From positions 117,554,001 to 117,618,000 of the forward strand of contig NC_087436.1 of assembly GCF_036321535.1 (NCBI RefSeq): a stretch of 64,000 bases of DNA, written 5' to 3'. A model generated the notes under the pieces. The model had not been told where the DNA came from. It made no database searches and saw only the letters and a list, made by a program, of their open reading frames with translations. Both the position numbers and the translations under genes were made by a program. This stretch comes from Camelus dromedarius. Taxonomy: Eukaryota. This document shows positions 9,650 through 21,880 of the stretch, piece by piece. Within the stretch, counting starts at the first letter, position 1, and every line of letters begins with the position of its first letter.

Positions 9650-12600
9650 TCGCTAGCAGCTCACACAGGCAGGGGCCTCCCCTGGAGCAGTGCTGACTGT
9701 GGCCGGGTCTCCAAGATCAGCACCAAGGACAGGGCTACCCGAGGCCAGGGAAGACAAACCTGCCGTCTTCATCTCTCAGAGTCACTGAAAGGGGGACAAG
9801 GGGCCTGGATGATGGGGAAGGCGGGCAGGTAGGACCGGACAAGCATGACAGCAGCTGCCTATCCTGCTGGGCTCCCTCCGTGGCCCGTTTCACTCTACAC
9901 TGTTTGGGTTTCACACCAAAATTCAGTGTTCTCCCTCAGTGCAGACCGATGCCCCCAGCAACCCTCCCACCCCCCGGCAAGAGTGGTAGGCATCATGGCT
10001 GAGAGTCCAGGACTTGGGCGTTTTCTGTAAAATGGGGCCAGCCACAGTCCCTACCACAATGAGGCAGCATAAATTAATAAATGCTCAAGTGCTCAGAGCG
10101 GCATTGGGCGCACAGTGTTACATGCATGTTAGGCGATATGATTTAACTGCCTTATTCCATTTGAAGTCAGTCAGACTTTCCAACAGGGCCCCCCAGAAGG
10201 GTTTATAATCTTGTTTAAAGGATACGGCTCCACACTGTGAATACACTGTTACAGAAATCCTGTTCTAATCTAATCCTCTTCACTATAGTTTTAAAAAGAA
10301 AGTCACTCCTACAAAGGCCTTTGAGTTAAAGTGAGGCCAGGAGAAGTGTCTGCAAAGACCTGAGAGCAGTTCACTGAATCAAGACTATGTGCCCACTGGG
10401 GCCTGAACCCACAGGGGGCTCAGCCTAGAAACCAGCCCACACCCTTGGCTCAGGAGCCCACTGCCCAACCCCCCTGGGCTCTTCAAGACACGCCTTATCT
10501 GTGCCAAACACCTTCACACCCTTGGCCCTGTGACCCTCCCCTGACCCCAGCTGTGCCCTGTGACCCTCCCCAGCTTTCACCCGGGTGGTGCTCAAATCCT
10601 ATCAACAATTCTTGTGTTTTCAATGAGTAAGCTATGCTTGGCCACAGACCATAAGCCCTGCCAACCAGCCACCTGGGGATTGGGTTAAGGGGACAAGGGT
10701 TAAGGACACTTTTTATGCTAATTAAAGAACAGAAGTCACATTCATGTCTTTAAAAATTACCCCAAGGAATACATCAGTAAGTGCAGTGACTTCACTGAGG
10801 TAAGTAAAATGAACGTGGGCTCAGAAAGGAGGTATTTTCTCTGCGTAACATCACAAACCATTCTGTTGCACTCAGCCTGACCACAAAACATCTGCTTATA
10901 TTAACTCAAAGGCATGGATATACCTGTATCAACAGGGATGAGTGGAAATGTATTGTGCAAATTATATACTACTCTGTAGCCATTTTGGAAAGTGTAACAA
11001 CTGCTCCTTTGGGTGAAATAATGAATTAAATTGCTATTATAGGGCTTAATTCATTATTTTACCCTGAGGAAAAATTCCAACGCCATGGTTATGAATTATG
11101 ACCACAATTTGCTATAATACTTCCCAATTTAAAACCAATGGTGTGGCATGTCTCTCTCTTCATTTTCAGGATTGAGCCTTTTAAATAAGATTTGGGTTAG
11201 TCAGACTGTAAGATATGGGACTTATTTATTAGTCCCAATTAAGAAAGAAGTTACCTGAACATCAATTTGCTTGTCATAAAAGTACTGAACAATGCAGCCT
11301 TCTGCCCAGTCCACTTGCAGTAACCCAGTATAACTTAGGGAGGTCCTGCGGATTCTGACTGCTTTAGTCACTGATATTGTGACACCGAACTAGCTCACAT
11401 TATTTGGAGTGGTCACTGGCGTGTTCTCAGGCGGTGCTCCAGTTAGGACAGTACGATGAAATGGAGGCTTAGGGCAGCCACAGTCATTACGGAGAGAAGA
11501 GCCTTCGAACACATGTTTTTCACGGGCATCAGCTAAATCACATTCCAAACACACACAGCGAACGCCGTTCCGCGCGGGCACAGCAGCCCTGTCCTGCTCT
11601 GAGGAGCCGCTAGCAGAGCAGCCGCCGTGGGCCCTGCACTCTGCTGGGCGCTCGTACGTACGTGACCGCGTTCCCGGCAGCCCATGGCGGGTGGGTGAGT
11701 CTTACCAAACTGAAGTTCAGTGGGGCTCATTTTCCCGCCCCCAAATTACACAGACAGGAGGTGATGTAAAGAGGATTCAGATCCAACTCTGTCAAGTCCC
11801 AGAGCCCATGCTCTCGCACCATCTCTCCCGGGGCCGAGCAGCAGCTGATGGGATCTCCTTCCCGCCCGCCTCCCCGTGCAGCCCCCACGCACCCAGCAGC
11901 TTCCAAGCGCACGGCTGCAACGTGCACAAGCTGCTGCTGCCCACCCCCGCCTGCAGGGGCCAGGCGGCTCCCTGGCGAGCAACGGAGGCTGCTGTTCTTG
12001 TAGCTGCTTCCTTTCTCAAGTAGTGCAGTGTATTTTTAAAAAGCCCTAAACAGAAGCTAAGTTCTGCCTAAATACAAATGCATTCTTTCTTACTGAAGAG
12101 ACAGTGCTTCACATATTTTTATCTCTAGCAAAGATCTGTGGTCATGTGACCACATTCATAAAGTTACTTTGTATAAATTGAAGGAAAACTATGAGATTTG
12201 GCCATGACTTGGCTCTAACAGAGCACGGTCAAACTGTTCTTCAGTCTGTTGGCTTCTCCGCCTTGGCCTGCCCTCCAGCATTGTGTCCCCCTGGGGACGT
12301 CCTTTGCCTTTCTCTCCCTGGTACACGCTCTTTCCAACACCTGCAGTGAGATGTCTCCCACAGTCACGTCTCTAGCCCGAGACTCAAGCCTGGGATCCCA
12401 CTGCCCACCAGGCACCTCCCACAGATGTCCCCCAGGCCCCACACCTCACACCTGTCCCTGATGGGAGGACCATCGCCTGCCCAGCCTTCCCCTGACTGCC
12501 GTTGTTCTGTTTTCACAAGTTAGAAAGCCCCACCCAGCTTCTTTCCCATCCCCTCACTTCCTCACACGCCCTACTGCCCTCAACGATCACCAAGTCCAGT

Positions 12601-13669
12601 CCACTCCCCCAGCATCTCTCTCCTCTCTGTCCTCACTCCTGCTCCCTGGCCAACGCCCTCTTCATCCTCTCTCAGCTGGACTGCGCCGTGACAGTGGCTG
12701 GCTGGGGTCGTACTGCCGTCCTCCTCCGCACCCTCCACAGCGCGGGGCTCCGGGTCACACACCTGCTGGGTTGGGAGTGCTGAGCATGTGCTCCAAGGCA
12801 GGGGTGCATTCTGGGCCATGAAAGAAGCTGGGGAGGAAGGCAGGAGCCTGGCAGGCTGCTTTACAGTGTCTGAGCTATTCCTGAGCTCAGAATTATGTTT
12901 CTCTATCAAGGAACAGACAGCTCTGCTTCTTGTTCCAAAGGTAGTCCTAGAGGCTCTGAGGGAGCACCCCCCAAAGCAAGCCCCAAGTCACAGCCAACAG
13001 CATCGTCACTGGAATCAGCTTCACGCTCTTAAAGTGATGATCTTAAGGGGAAACTGCTCATCTGGTGAACAAATGTTTGTGAAGCAGTGCTGAGCAGAAA
13101 ACACACAGAGCTCAGCCAGGCCAGCTCTGAGCTGTACACGGACCCTGCCGGAAACAAATGCGCAGGGGTCTGGCCAAATTGGTCACTTTCCTTTTGAAAT
13201 TCACCCAGAGATGATACACTAAAATTGGCAACCAAGGGAGAGGTAACTAAAAGGAGGTGATACTGGCAGTTAAGGTGGTTACTCTTTTCATTTTTCAGTC
13301 ATTATTTACGCCTTCTTCACATTACCACACACCAGAGGTTCAAACAATTAAAAAGCACCACAGAAGCAATTATAAAAGACCCATTTAGAACAGAAGACTG
13401 TTTTACTGCTGCTGAAAAGACATCTAATATTAGTAAAATTATTCCAAGGCAATTTCTTCTTTAATTATGCTACTGCAAATTTAAAATGTATGAAAAGCAT
13501 ACTAAAAATTAGGAAATCAAGTGGATAATTGTACCTAAAATACTTATTTATAACTTTTAAGACTCTGTATAGAAGTTACGGCAAGGGCATTTAGGATGGC
13601 CTCTTACTCAATGAACTATTCTTACTGAAACTAGTTAAAAATACATGACTAGGCAGAGAGAAGCATTAC

Positions 13670-13758
13670 CATTTGTATTTCTTCTGGGGATAATTCATCT
13701 TCGCCTTTGCCATCTCCCCAGGTTCCCAGTTCAGGCTGTGCTTCAGCCGGAATTTTTT
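13670..13758 (-). CDS. STX18: Syntaxin-18 exon 7: (E)KIPAEAQPELGTWGDGKGEDELSPEEIQM
   Basis: 89 nt; T-rich tract then aacag|AA ... ATG|gtaatg. Confidence 0.96.
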
Positions 13759-13930
13759 CTGTTAAAAAAAAAATTGAAAACAGACAGAAGGCAAAATATT
13801 CACTTTAGAATGTTGGCTTAGGATGCAGGCATATTTAGAAACATGAGATGTAATGGAATCACAGAGCTCTGTCCATCACTGTTGGTCAACATTCAGGCAC
13901 CGCAGCACGATTCCTTACAATGTTTAGACC

Positions 13931-13960
13931 CGTGTGTGCGCGCGCGCGCACATGCGTGCA
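13931..13960. repeat. 30-bp alternating purine-pyrimidine tract with (CG)5
   Basis: cgtgtgtgcgcgcgcgcgcacatgcgtgca read directly. Confidence 0.85.
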
Positions 13961-16409
13961 GGGTAGAGGGCCTATGCAGTTTCAGTATTGCCACGATCTC
14001 AGCAAAGGTCACAAACCAAATGGACAATCCTCTCCCCACCCCCAACCTCGGCCTAGAAATAACGTACAGTTTTGTGTGTGTGGTAGTGTGCTTTTCACAA
14101 AGATATCAACAGTAACATTCTAAAACTTGCTTCTTATAACTTAACAGTGCATCTTGGTGATTATCCTACGTCACTCCACATAAGTCTACCTCATTCTTTT
14201 AAATTGAGGCACAACATCCCACTGAAAGGAACTCTTTATGTAACCTAACTCCACTGATAAGCCCTTGGTTGTTTTGGATCTTCTGCTAGTACAAAGGTCC
14301 GCGCGCTGGTCCATGCTGGGAGCGTTCTGGTGCAGTCCAGGACAGGAACCTGGGCACGGACTGCTGACTGGCGGGGGGTGAGCATTTTAACCTAGGAACT
14401 CTTTGACCATGAGCACATAAACACAGGCTGGACCCGGAAGGGGCTGCGCCGCCCAGGGCTGTGTTAGAGGCCCGCGCGGCTCATCGCCGGGGGGCTGGGA
14501 GCAGGGGGTGGGTGGAAGGCAGGGGGCCGCTCTTTCTACAGGTGACTTTGTGTCTGGTGTCTCGGCAGTGCCTCGCCAAGCACTCAAAGGCAAACACGAC
14601 TCCTTTTTCCTCTCTTCCTCAAACTCAGTACATTCCCCATAGTTGCTCTCAGCTCCATGAGACGTACAGAAGTCCAGAGTTTTTGTTTTGAGATGTATAA
14701 GGGAAAAGAACATAACGACAGTGCCAGTTCAGAGAAAGCAGGCTAGGCAGGCCCTGTGCTCCAGGGATGGTCATTACTCTGGATACATCATCACGGAAAA
14801 ACTCCATGTCATCCCACGACTTTGTGCAAGTTTTTAAAAGATGGCTGTTTTTGCCAGAACTGGCATATTTATAAAAGACACATTTATATATAATTTAGAT
14901 ATAATAAATACAGCACATATAAATGTCATACATAATTTTGATATGAAAGACGTATTTATAAAAGACAGGCTGAAAGCATCTTTAGAGGCTGATGAGGTGC
15001 TTTCCTGACAACCTTCTTCAGGTAGGAACATCTGCACTTGTCACTCACCTCCTCCCAGCCCTCTGTCTCCTACTTGACCTCATTATGGTATCCACCTCAA
15101 GTCTTCACTTTTATGTTTTTCAAGGGTAAGAACACCAAATTAGCAATACAGAAACACCACATAGGAAGCAAGCACAAACGAGCTCTGAGCTAGAACAGAA
15201 AGCTTGTTAAGAGAACACATGCTCACTCGCCATCTGGAACCATCCTGACCTGGAGCCATCCTGACCTGCAGCCGTAAGGATCAGCCTGCAGCGCGCGCTC
15301 CCACACCAGTGCTCCGCCCAGACCTCCTGCGCGCCGCGGGGTCAAGAGACCCGGGCCCAGACTCCCTGGTCCTGCACTCAAGGCCGCCTGTACGGTATGG
15401 CCCACCCACCTTTAAGGCCCACCCCTCCTCGCCTGTGAGTTTTACTGACCCAGAAGTCCTTTCTTTCCTGACTACATTCCATGTCTCGCCCAGGCTCTCT
15501 GGCTTCTGAGCATTTACTCATGCTGTTCCCTCTGCCTAGAACATTCTAAGCTTCCATGTTTTCAGGTCCAGACTCGTTTCTCAGGGCCACCTCCTCCTGA
15601 AGTCCCCTGACCCTCTGAGTGACTGTCCTTCCCACGGGTGCCCCCTCTGACGGCACCACTCGCTTTCTCCGGGGCGGGAGTCTCATCTTCCCTGTCGACT
15701 GTGAGCTCTCCGAGGCCAGGACCCACGGCTCGCTTGAGAAGTGCAGGAAGTATAAACAGCCACACCTGTCTTCGCAGAAACCAACGTCAGGAAACAGATT
15801 ATAAATGGGTCCACAAAGACCTCACCTGGCTGAGCAAGAATATGGAGGAAGACCTAAGCGTCGGATGTGCACAGGTCAGCTGTGACCTCAGAGGCGCTCT
15901 ACTGTGCTGATTAAATGAAAAAGCAACACGACCAGTGCCTCTTTCAGGAAACACGAGCATGACAAGCAAGAACCTGCCCTCCGCCTAGAACTTTGCCCCT
16001 TAGTCCTAAAGTCTTTTTGTCTAAGTTACACCTCATGTTTCAAAAGCGAAATGAAAAAACTGAAAACCTAAGCAAAAGGATAACCAAACAGCCCAGGTTT
16101 TATAAATCCTTCTGCTAACCGTAGATAACCTTAGCAAAATGTCCACGGACAGGAAGAGGCTGTCTTCCAGCAGGCATGGAGGAAAGGGCAGATACATGAC
16201 CCCTAAGAGGGATCAGCTGGGTGTGGGGAACGGGATCTACCCGCCAGCATCGAGGTGGGGACAGAGACGAAATGTCAAAGGCCCTCGAAAACAGGGCAGC
16301 GCCACAGAGGCTTCTCCCGCCCCCTACCCTGCCTCCAACATGCTCCCCTTAGGTGACGCCTCAGGCCGGTGCCTCTAACCTGCCTATTATTTCCTAGGAC
16401 TCCCACACA

Positions 16410-17145
16410 CCTCTGGCCCCGAGTTATTCCCTGAGCTCTAGGCTCACGTCAACAACAGACTCACTGTTTTCACCTGAAAATCCAACAGGCATCTCAGATT
16501 TCACCTGTGTAACCAGAACTTTGATTCTGCTCCCGGCCCGCTCCCCCCAGCCCTGCTGCCAACCTGGTCTCTCTCCCGCCTTCCTCATCCCAGTTTGCCC
16601 AGGTGCTCAAGCCTGAACCTAGAAGTCACCCCTGATTGCTCTCTGTCCCTCACATCTCATGTCCCACCTGCTGGGAATCTACAGTTCCTGAGTACGGCCG
16701 GAGGTTGGGCCCTTCTCTCCGTGGCCACCTCGGCCTCCACCGCTGCCTCCCTCAGGTGAGACACCTCACCTGGCTGCATCCGGCCTCCTGCAGTAGATTC
16801 CCAACAAGTCTACTTGGTTCCACTTTCTTCTCACTCCAACTCCACACGGTAGTCAGAAGAGGTTTTAAAATGTGAACCAGGCCTCGTCACTCTCAGCTTA
16901 AAGACCTCCAGGGGCTTCTCACTACACATAGACTCAAAGCCAGACCTTTACCACAGCTGCTGAGGCCCTGGGTGATCAAGGCCCCCACCTCCATCTCTCA
17001 CCTCTCCCTGTACCATTCTCACTGGTGCCTCCCTCTGCAAGTGTCTGTGTATGTGCAGGTGTGTGCACGTGTGTTTAAATATACCAAGCTCATCTCTCCC
17101 TCCTAGACCTTCTCACTGGCCGGTCCCCCTGCCTGGAGAGCTTTT
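16410..17145 (+). mobile_element. L2 LINE fragment
   Basis: L2-like segments (ccctgagctctaggctcac...aacaggcatctcaga; cttaaagacctccaggggcttctc); boundaries approximate. Confidence 0.6.
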
Positions 17146-17149
17146 ACCC

Positions 17150-17875
17150 AGTGACAGTTCTGATTTCCCACATCCTGCAGACACTGGTTATTATCTGCCC
17201 CTTCACTCCAGCCATCCTGGTAGGTGTGGAGTGAAACCTCACTCGCTGCTGTTTGGATCTGCCTCTCCCTGATGACCAAGGATGCTGTGCGTCGTGTCCT
17301 ATGCTCATGGGCCGTCTGTGTATTTTCCTTGGAGAAATTTCTATTCAGCCCTTCTGTCCATTTAAAAATTAGGTTATCATTTTATTACAGAGTTGTGAAA
17401 GTTCTATGTTCTAGATACAGATCCCTGGTCAGATATGATTTTCAAATATTTTCTCCCATTCTGTGGGTTTTTTCACTTTCTTTCTTTAACAAGAAAAGCA
17501 CAAAAGCTTTTAATTTTGATGAGGGCTGGTTTACCTAATTGTTGCTTGTGTTTTGTTGTCATAGCCTTGTCAGTCTGAGGCCAGGCAGATTTAGCCCCAT
17601 GTTTTCTTGTAAGTTTTAGGGTTTTAGCTCTGTGTAGGCCTTCGGTCTATTCTGAGTTACTTTTTATACATGGTGTGACTTGAGTGTCACGCCTCATTCT
17701 TTTGCATGTGGATATCCACTGAATGGTCTTGGCACCCTTGTTGGAAATCAGCTGACCAGAGCCACTTGATTTATTTCTGGATTCCCAATTCTAATCCATT
17801 GATCCATATGTCCATCCTTGTGTCGGCACCACACTGTCCTGATTGTTGTTGCTTTGTAGTAAGTTTGAAGTTGGG
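17150..17875 (-). mobile_element. Old L1M fragment (3' part of ORF2)
   Basis: Antisense L1 motifs such as tattttccttggagaaatttctattcag, attttctcccattctgtggg and ccattgatccatatgtc. Confidence 0.8.
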
Positions 17876-18343
17876 CCAGCTAGCACACACAAAGACAGGA
17901 AACATGGAACCCAGACTTGCGCTCTGTCCTGTTCACTCAGTTGGCTGATGAAGGCTGCTGAAATTACGTGCTCCACCCCGAGGCAGGATGGTCAGGCCCA
18001 CGCAAGCCAGTGCTGACAGTGCACCAAGATCACCGGGACGGTGCCCCGCAGGGGCGCAGGGGAGGTAGCACCCCCCCCAGTGTGCACGGTGGCCCAGGTG
18101 CTTTCTCTGGACCTTGCTGGCTCAAGGGCTCCCAGGTGCCAGGGATCCTCCCACCCTGCCCCAGCAGCAGTCATTAGGATCCAGCTGTAACCAAAAACGG
18201 CTCCCTCTTCCGTGTTTCCTTTGCTTATGCAAATACAAACACCATGAGATGTCTGGGGCCAGGTTCCTTTTTTTTCTGCTTTATGTTTTTGCCAACATGT
18301 CATAAGGAAGAGAGACAGGCGAGATTTTGATTTTAATTCATAC

Positions 18344-18459
18344 CTGGATATTCTTCAGTGACAGGTTTTTCTTCAGAGTCCTTTGAAAGAGTCTGTGAAA
18401 CTTTCTCAGAAGACATGGATTCTCTTGGCTTTGTATTTGGTTCTGGTTCCAGCTTAGAT
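18344..18459 (-). CDS. STX18: Syntaxin-18 exon 6: (L)SKLEPEPNTKPRESMSSEKVSQTLSKDSEEKPVTEEYP(E)
   Basis: 116 nt; tttag|A ... G|gtatga. Confidence 0.96.
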
Positions 18460-19394
18460 CTAAAGAGCAAAAACCAGTAGACATATAATTTACTTACACA
18501 ACAGGATTCTGTCTGAAAGCAGAAGGAGGCACACGTGACCCCGCACGCCTGTTCCGAGCCTGCTGTGCCACTGCAGAGCAGAGCTGCTGTCTCTGGGCCC
18601 AGTGACCACTCCACTCACCTCCTGCGGGCACTTACTACAAGGCGGACTGCACACCCTGCACCAAAGCGCATGGCGAGGGAGCACAGGCTGCAGGCTGCAG
18701 GAAAGGACACAGGACCCCCCTACCTGCTGACGCCACTCCCTACCCATCGGCAGCGAGGCCAACTATTCCAGGTTCAACAAATCCAAGAAGCTGGTTGTTT
18801 TACCCCAATGGAGAAGTGTCGCTGAACATACACATGCATGTGTTATGTCATATATGTGATATATGAGTCCTATCTTAAAAAACTGACCTGTAAAAGCACA
18901 AGGCTCTAAATACCCACTGATGGCAGGGCCTTGTCTCAGGTCCTAAGCCTCAGCACTTGGCACCTGCCCCGGGGCTCCCCCCACCGCCTTGTGTTCTCTT
19001 CCACCTTCAGGGCCAGGTGCAATGTCACCCGCTCACAGAGGCCCACCCCCCCTCCGACTCTCCCACCTCACACAGGCCTTCTCCACCACAGCGCCTGCTC
19101 GTCTTCCTAACGGCAGTCACCACGGTCTGGAATGATCTCGCTAGTTAACTTGTTTACCGTCTGCCTTGCTCCGCTGGAGCGCTCACTCTGAGAGCGGGGG
19201 CCTTGACTTCATAAGTTGTGTATGCTCTGTGGCCCTAGGTCCCAGTTGAGTGCGTGGCATTCAGTGTTTAGTAAATACAGGTGGAATGAATGGGTGCTTT
19301 ATAATTGTCAATAAGTGGCTAATAAGAGGAAAAATATTGGTTCTGAAACAATGAGCCTTGTATTGGAATCCATGTGGCACTATGAACATTCTAA

Positions 19395-21880
19395 CCACAC
19401 CACATTACCAGAAAGGATGAAAACCACATGATCACCTCATCAGATAAAGAAAAAGCATTTGAAATATTCAAGATTCCTTCATTATAAAACTTTCAGCAAG
19501 CTAGGATTAGAAGGTGTGCAGGAAAGGGTTGACTCGGCAGGTCTAGGGTGTTCCAATTCTACATATGACAAAGAAACTGGCCCTGGATCAGTTCCTGGGA
19601 GATGACCACCAAGCTCTTGGAACACCCTGCACGATAACGAGTGTTTCTGTACACCTGGGGCCAAGGCCCACACGAGACAGTTTATGCTAACAATGCGATC
19701 TGTGACGGGGCCTTGGACCAAGCTCTACGAGCCTGACCTCTGGAGAGACTGGAGATTGAGTAACTAAGGTCAACTGCTGGGTACCCCGTGCATACATGAC
19801 TGACCCCCAATGAAAATACGAGATGCTAAGGCTCCAGTAAGCTTCCCTGGTTGACAAGTACTCTGTACAAGCTGTCCCATGTCACACGTTCTCACTGCTG
19901 AGAGGTTAAGCCCTGTCCGTGCTATGCCACTGGGAGAGGACAGCTGGAAGCTTGCACCTGGTTTCCGCTGGACTTTGCCTTATGTGCCTTTGACCTTTGT
20001 TGACTTTAATCTGCATCTTTTCACTGTGATACCACAGCATGAGCATAACAGCTTTTCCGAGTTCTGTGAGTCCTTCTAGCAAATAACGAAGCCTGAGGGC
20101 AGTCTAGGGAGCCCCCAACAAAAAGGGAACTTGAATATCCTAACCTGATAAAGAGCTACAGAATGTCTACAACTAACATGACACTTAATGCGAAACAACA
20201 AATCCTTGCCCCTTCATCAGGAACAAGGCAAGGATGTCCATTCCAACCACTTCTATTCAACATGGTACTAGAGGCCCAGGTCCTAGGCAACTCAAAAAAG
20301 CAAGAAAAAGAAATAAAAGGCATAAAGATTAAAAAATAGAACTACTGTTATTTATGCATGGCATTACTGTTTATGTAAAAATTACAGAATTTACAAAAAG
20401 TTACTAGAACTAATATGTCAATTAATTAATGTTGCAAGACACAAAGTATTTTGCAAATGCAAAAATCAATTGTACTTCTATACACTAGCAATGAGAAACT
20501 GAAAAATAATATTAATAAAACAGTACCACTTAAAAGAGGCTTTAAAAAAATCTAGGAATAAATCTAACAAAAGATGAACAACACTTCTACACTGAAAATG
20601 ACAAAATATTGCTGAGAAAAAAATTTAAAAATAAAGGTAGAAATAAATAAATGAAAATAAACCATGTTTGTGGACAGATATTAAGATATCTGTTCTCTTT
20701 AAATTTACACATAGATTCGACATAATCCCTATGAAAATCCAAACAGGTTTCCTGAAGAAACTGACAAGCCCATTCTAAAATGTACATGGAAATATACTAA
20801 GGATCTAGAACAGCAAAACTAACACTGAGAAAGCAGAAATCTGGTGGGCTTACACTAGCTGACTTTAAGACTTACTACAAAGCCACAGGAATCAAGACAG
20901 TGAGGTACTGGATTAAGAACAGTCTGGTCAACGATATGCACAGAGAATCCAGAAACAGGTATATATGCAGGGCTGAGAGATTTTTGACGGAATGCCAGGT
21001 CAATTTAATGAGGAAAAGGAAGTCCAAATATTGCTGGAATAAGTGGATACTTACATGGATAAAATGAACCTCAGCCTCATCTCATTGTATCAAAAAACTA
21101 ACCCGAGATAGATGCTAGGCCTGAACATAAAATCTAGATTCTAGAAGAAAACAAAAAAGAGTATCTTGGCTCCCTTGGGGTAGACTGGACTTCCTCAAAA
21201 TTAGGGGTTTCTATTCATCAAAAGACACCTTTAAGAAAATGAATAGACAAGCCACAGAACAGGAAAACGTATTTGCAGCAAATACCCGACAAGGAATTTG
21301 TATGCAGGGTACACAAAGAATTCCGATACAAGTCAACAGAAAAAGATAAACAACCAGGTCAAGTGTAAAGACTTACCAGACATCTCACAGAAGGAAATGT
21401 ATGAACGGGAAGGCGTCCAGCAGCACGGGTAAATAAACCCGCAGTGGCGCACTGCGACGCACCCACTACAACAGGTAAAAACATCACCAACCTCAAACCT
21501 CGGTGAAGCGTGGAGCACCAGGAGCTTCCGCACAAGCTGACAAGGCTGTAAACAGCACAGCCACTTCGGAAAACTTCAAGCAGTTTCTTAGCTTAAAAAA
21601 CACCTCCACCCTGACCTAGCAACTCCACCTTTAGGTGTTTACCCAAGAAAATGGAAAGATAAATCCACACAAAAGTCTGTCTAGGAATGTTCACGGCATC
21701 TTTATCCAGAACAGCCAGACAGTGGGAACAACCCAAATGTCCACCAACAGGAGACCGGATAAAACAACTACGGTAAATTCATGCACTGCGATACTATTCA
21801 TTCATAAGGAAGAAAAAATTATGGATAAACATAACATGGATAAATCTAAAAAAAAAAAAACTGGTTAAGCAAAAGAGCCA
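19395..21880 (+). mobile_element. Old L1M element (ORF2 RT to C-terminus), degenerate, split by an LTR
   Basis: L1 motifs aaccacatgatcacctc...gaaaaagcatttga, ggaacaaggcaaggatgtcca, cttactacaaagccacaggaatcaagacagtg, acaacccaaatgtcca; no long intact ORF. Confidence 0.85.
19515..20121 (+). mobile_element. MER77-like (MER21 group) solo LTR inserted in L1
   Basis: Starts tgtgcaggaaagggttgactcggcagg and ends gcccccaaca(a); flanks gaagg / aaagg (4/5 TSD); L1 sequence resumes after it. Family name from recall. Confidence 0.7.

Noticed and set aside
10525..10571. 17-bp direct repeat gccctgtgaccctcccc (30-bp period), and a 16-bp tandem unit at 15240-15273
   Set aside because: Only two copies each with no spacer array; ordinary slippage duplications, not CRISPR-like.
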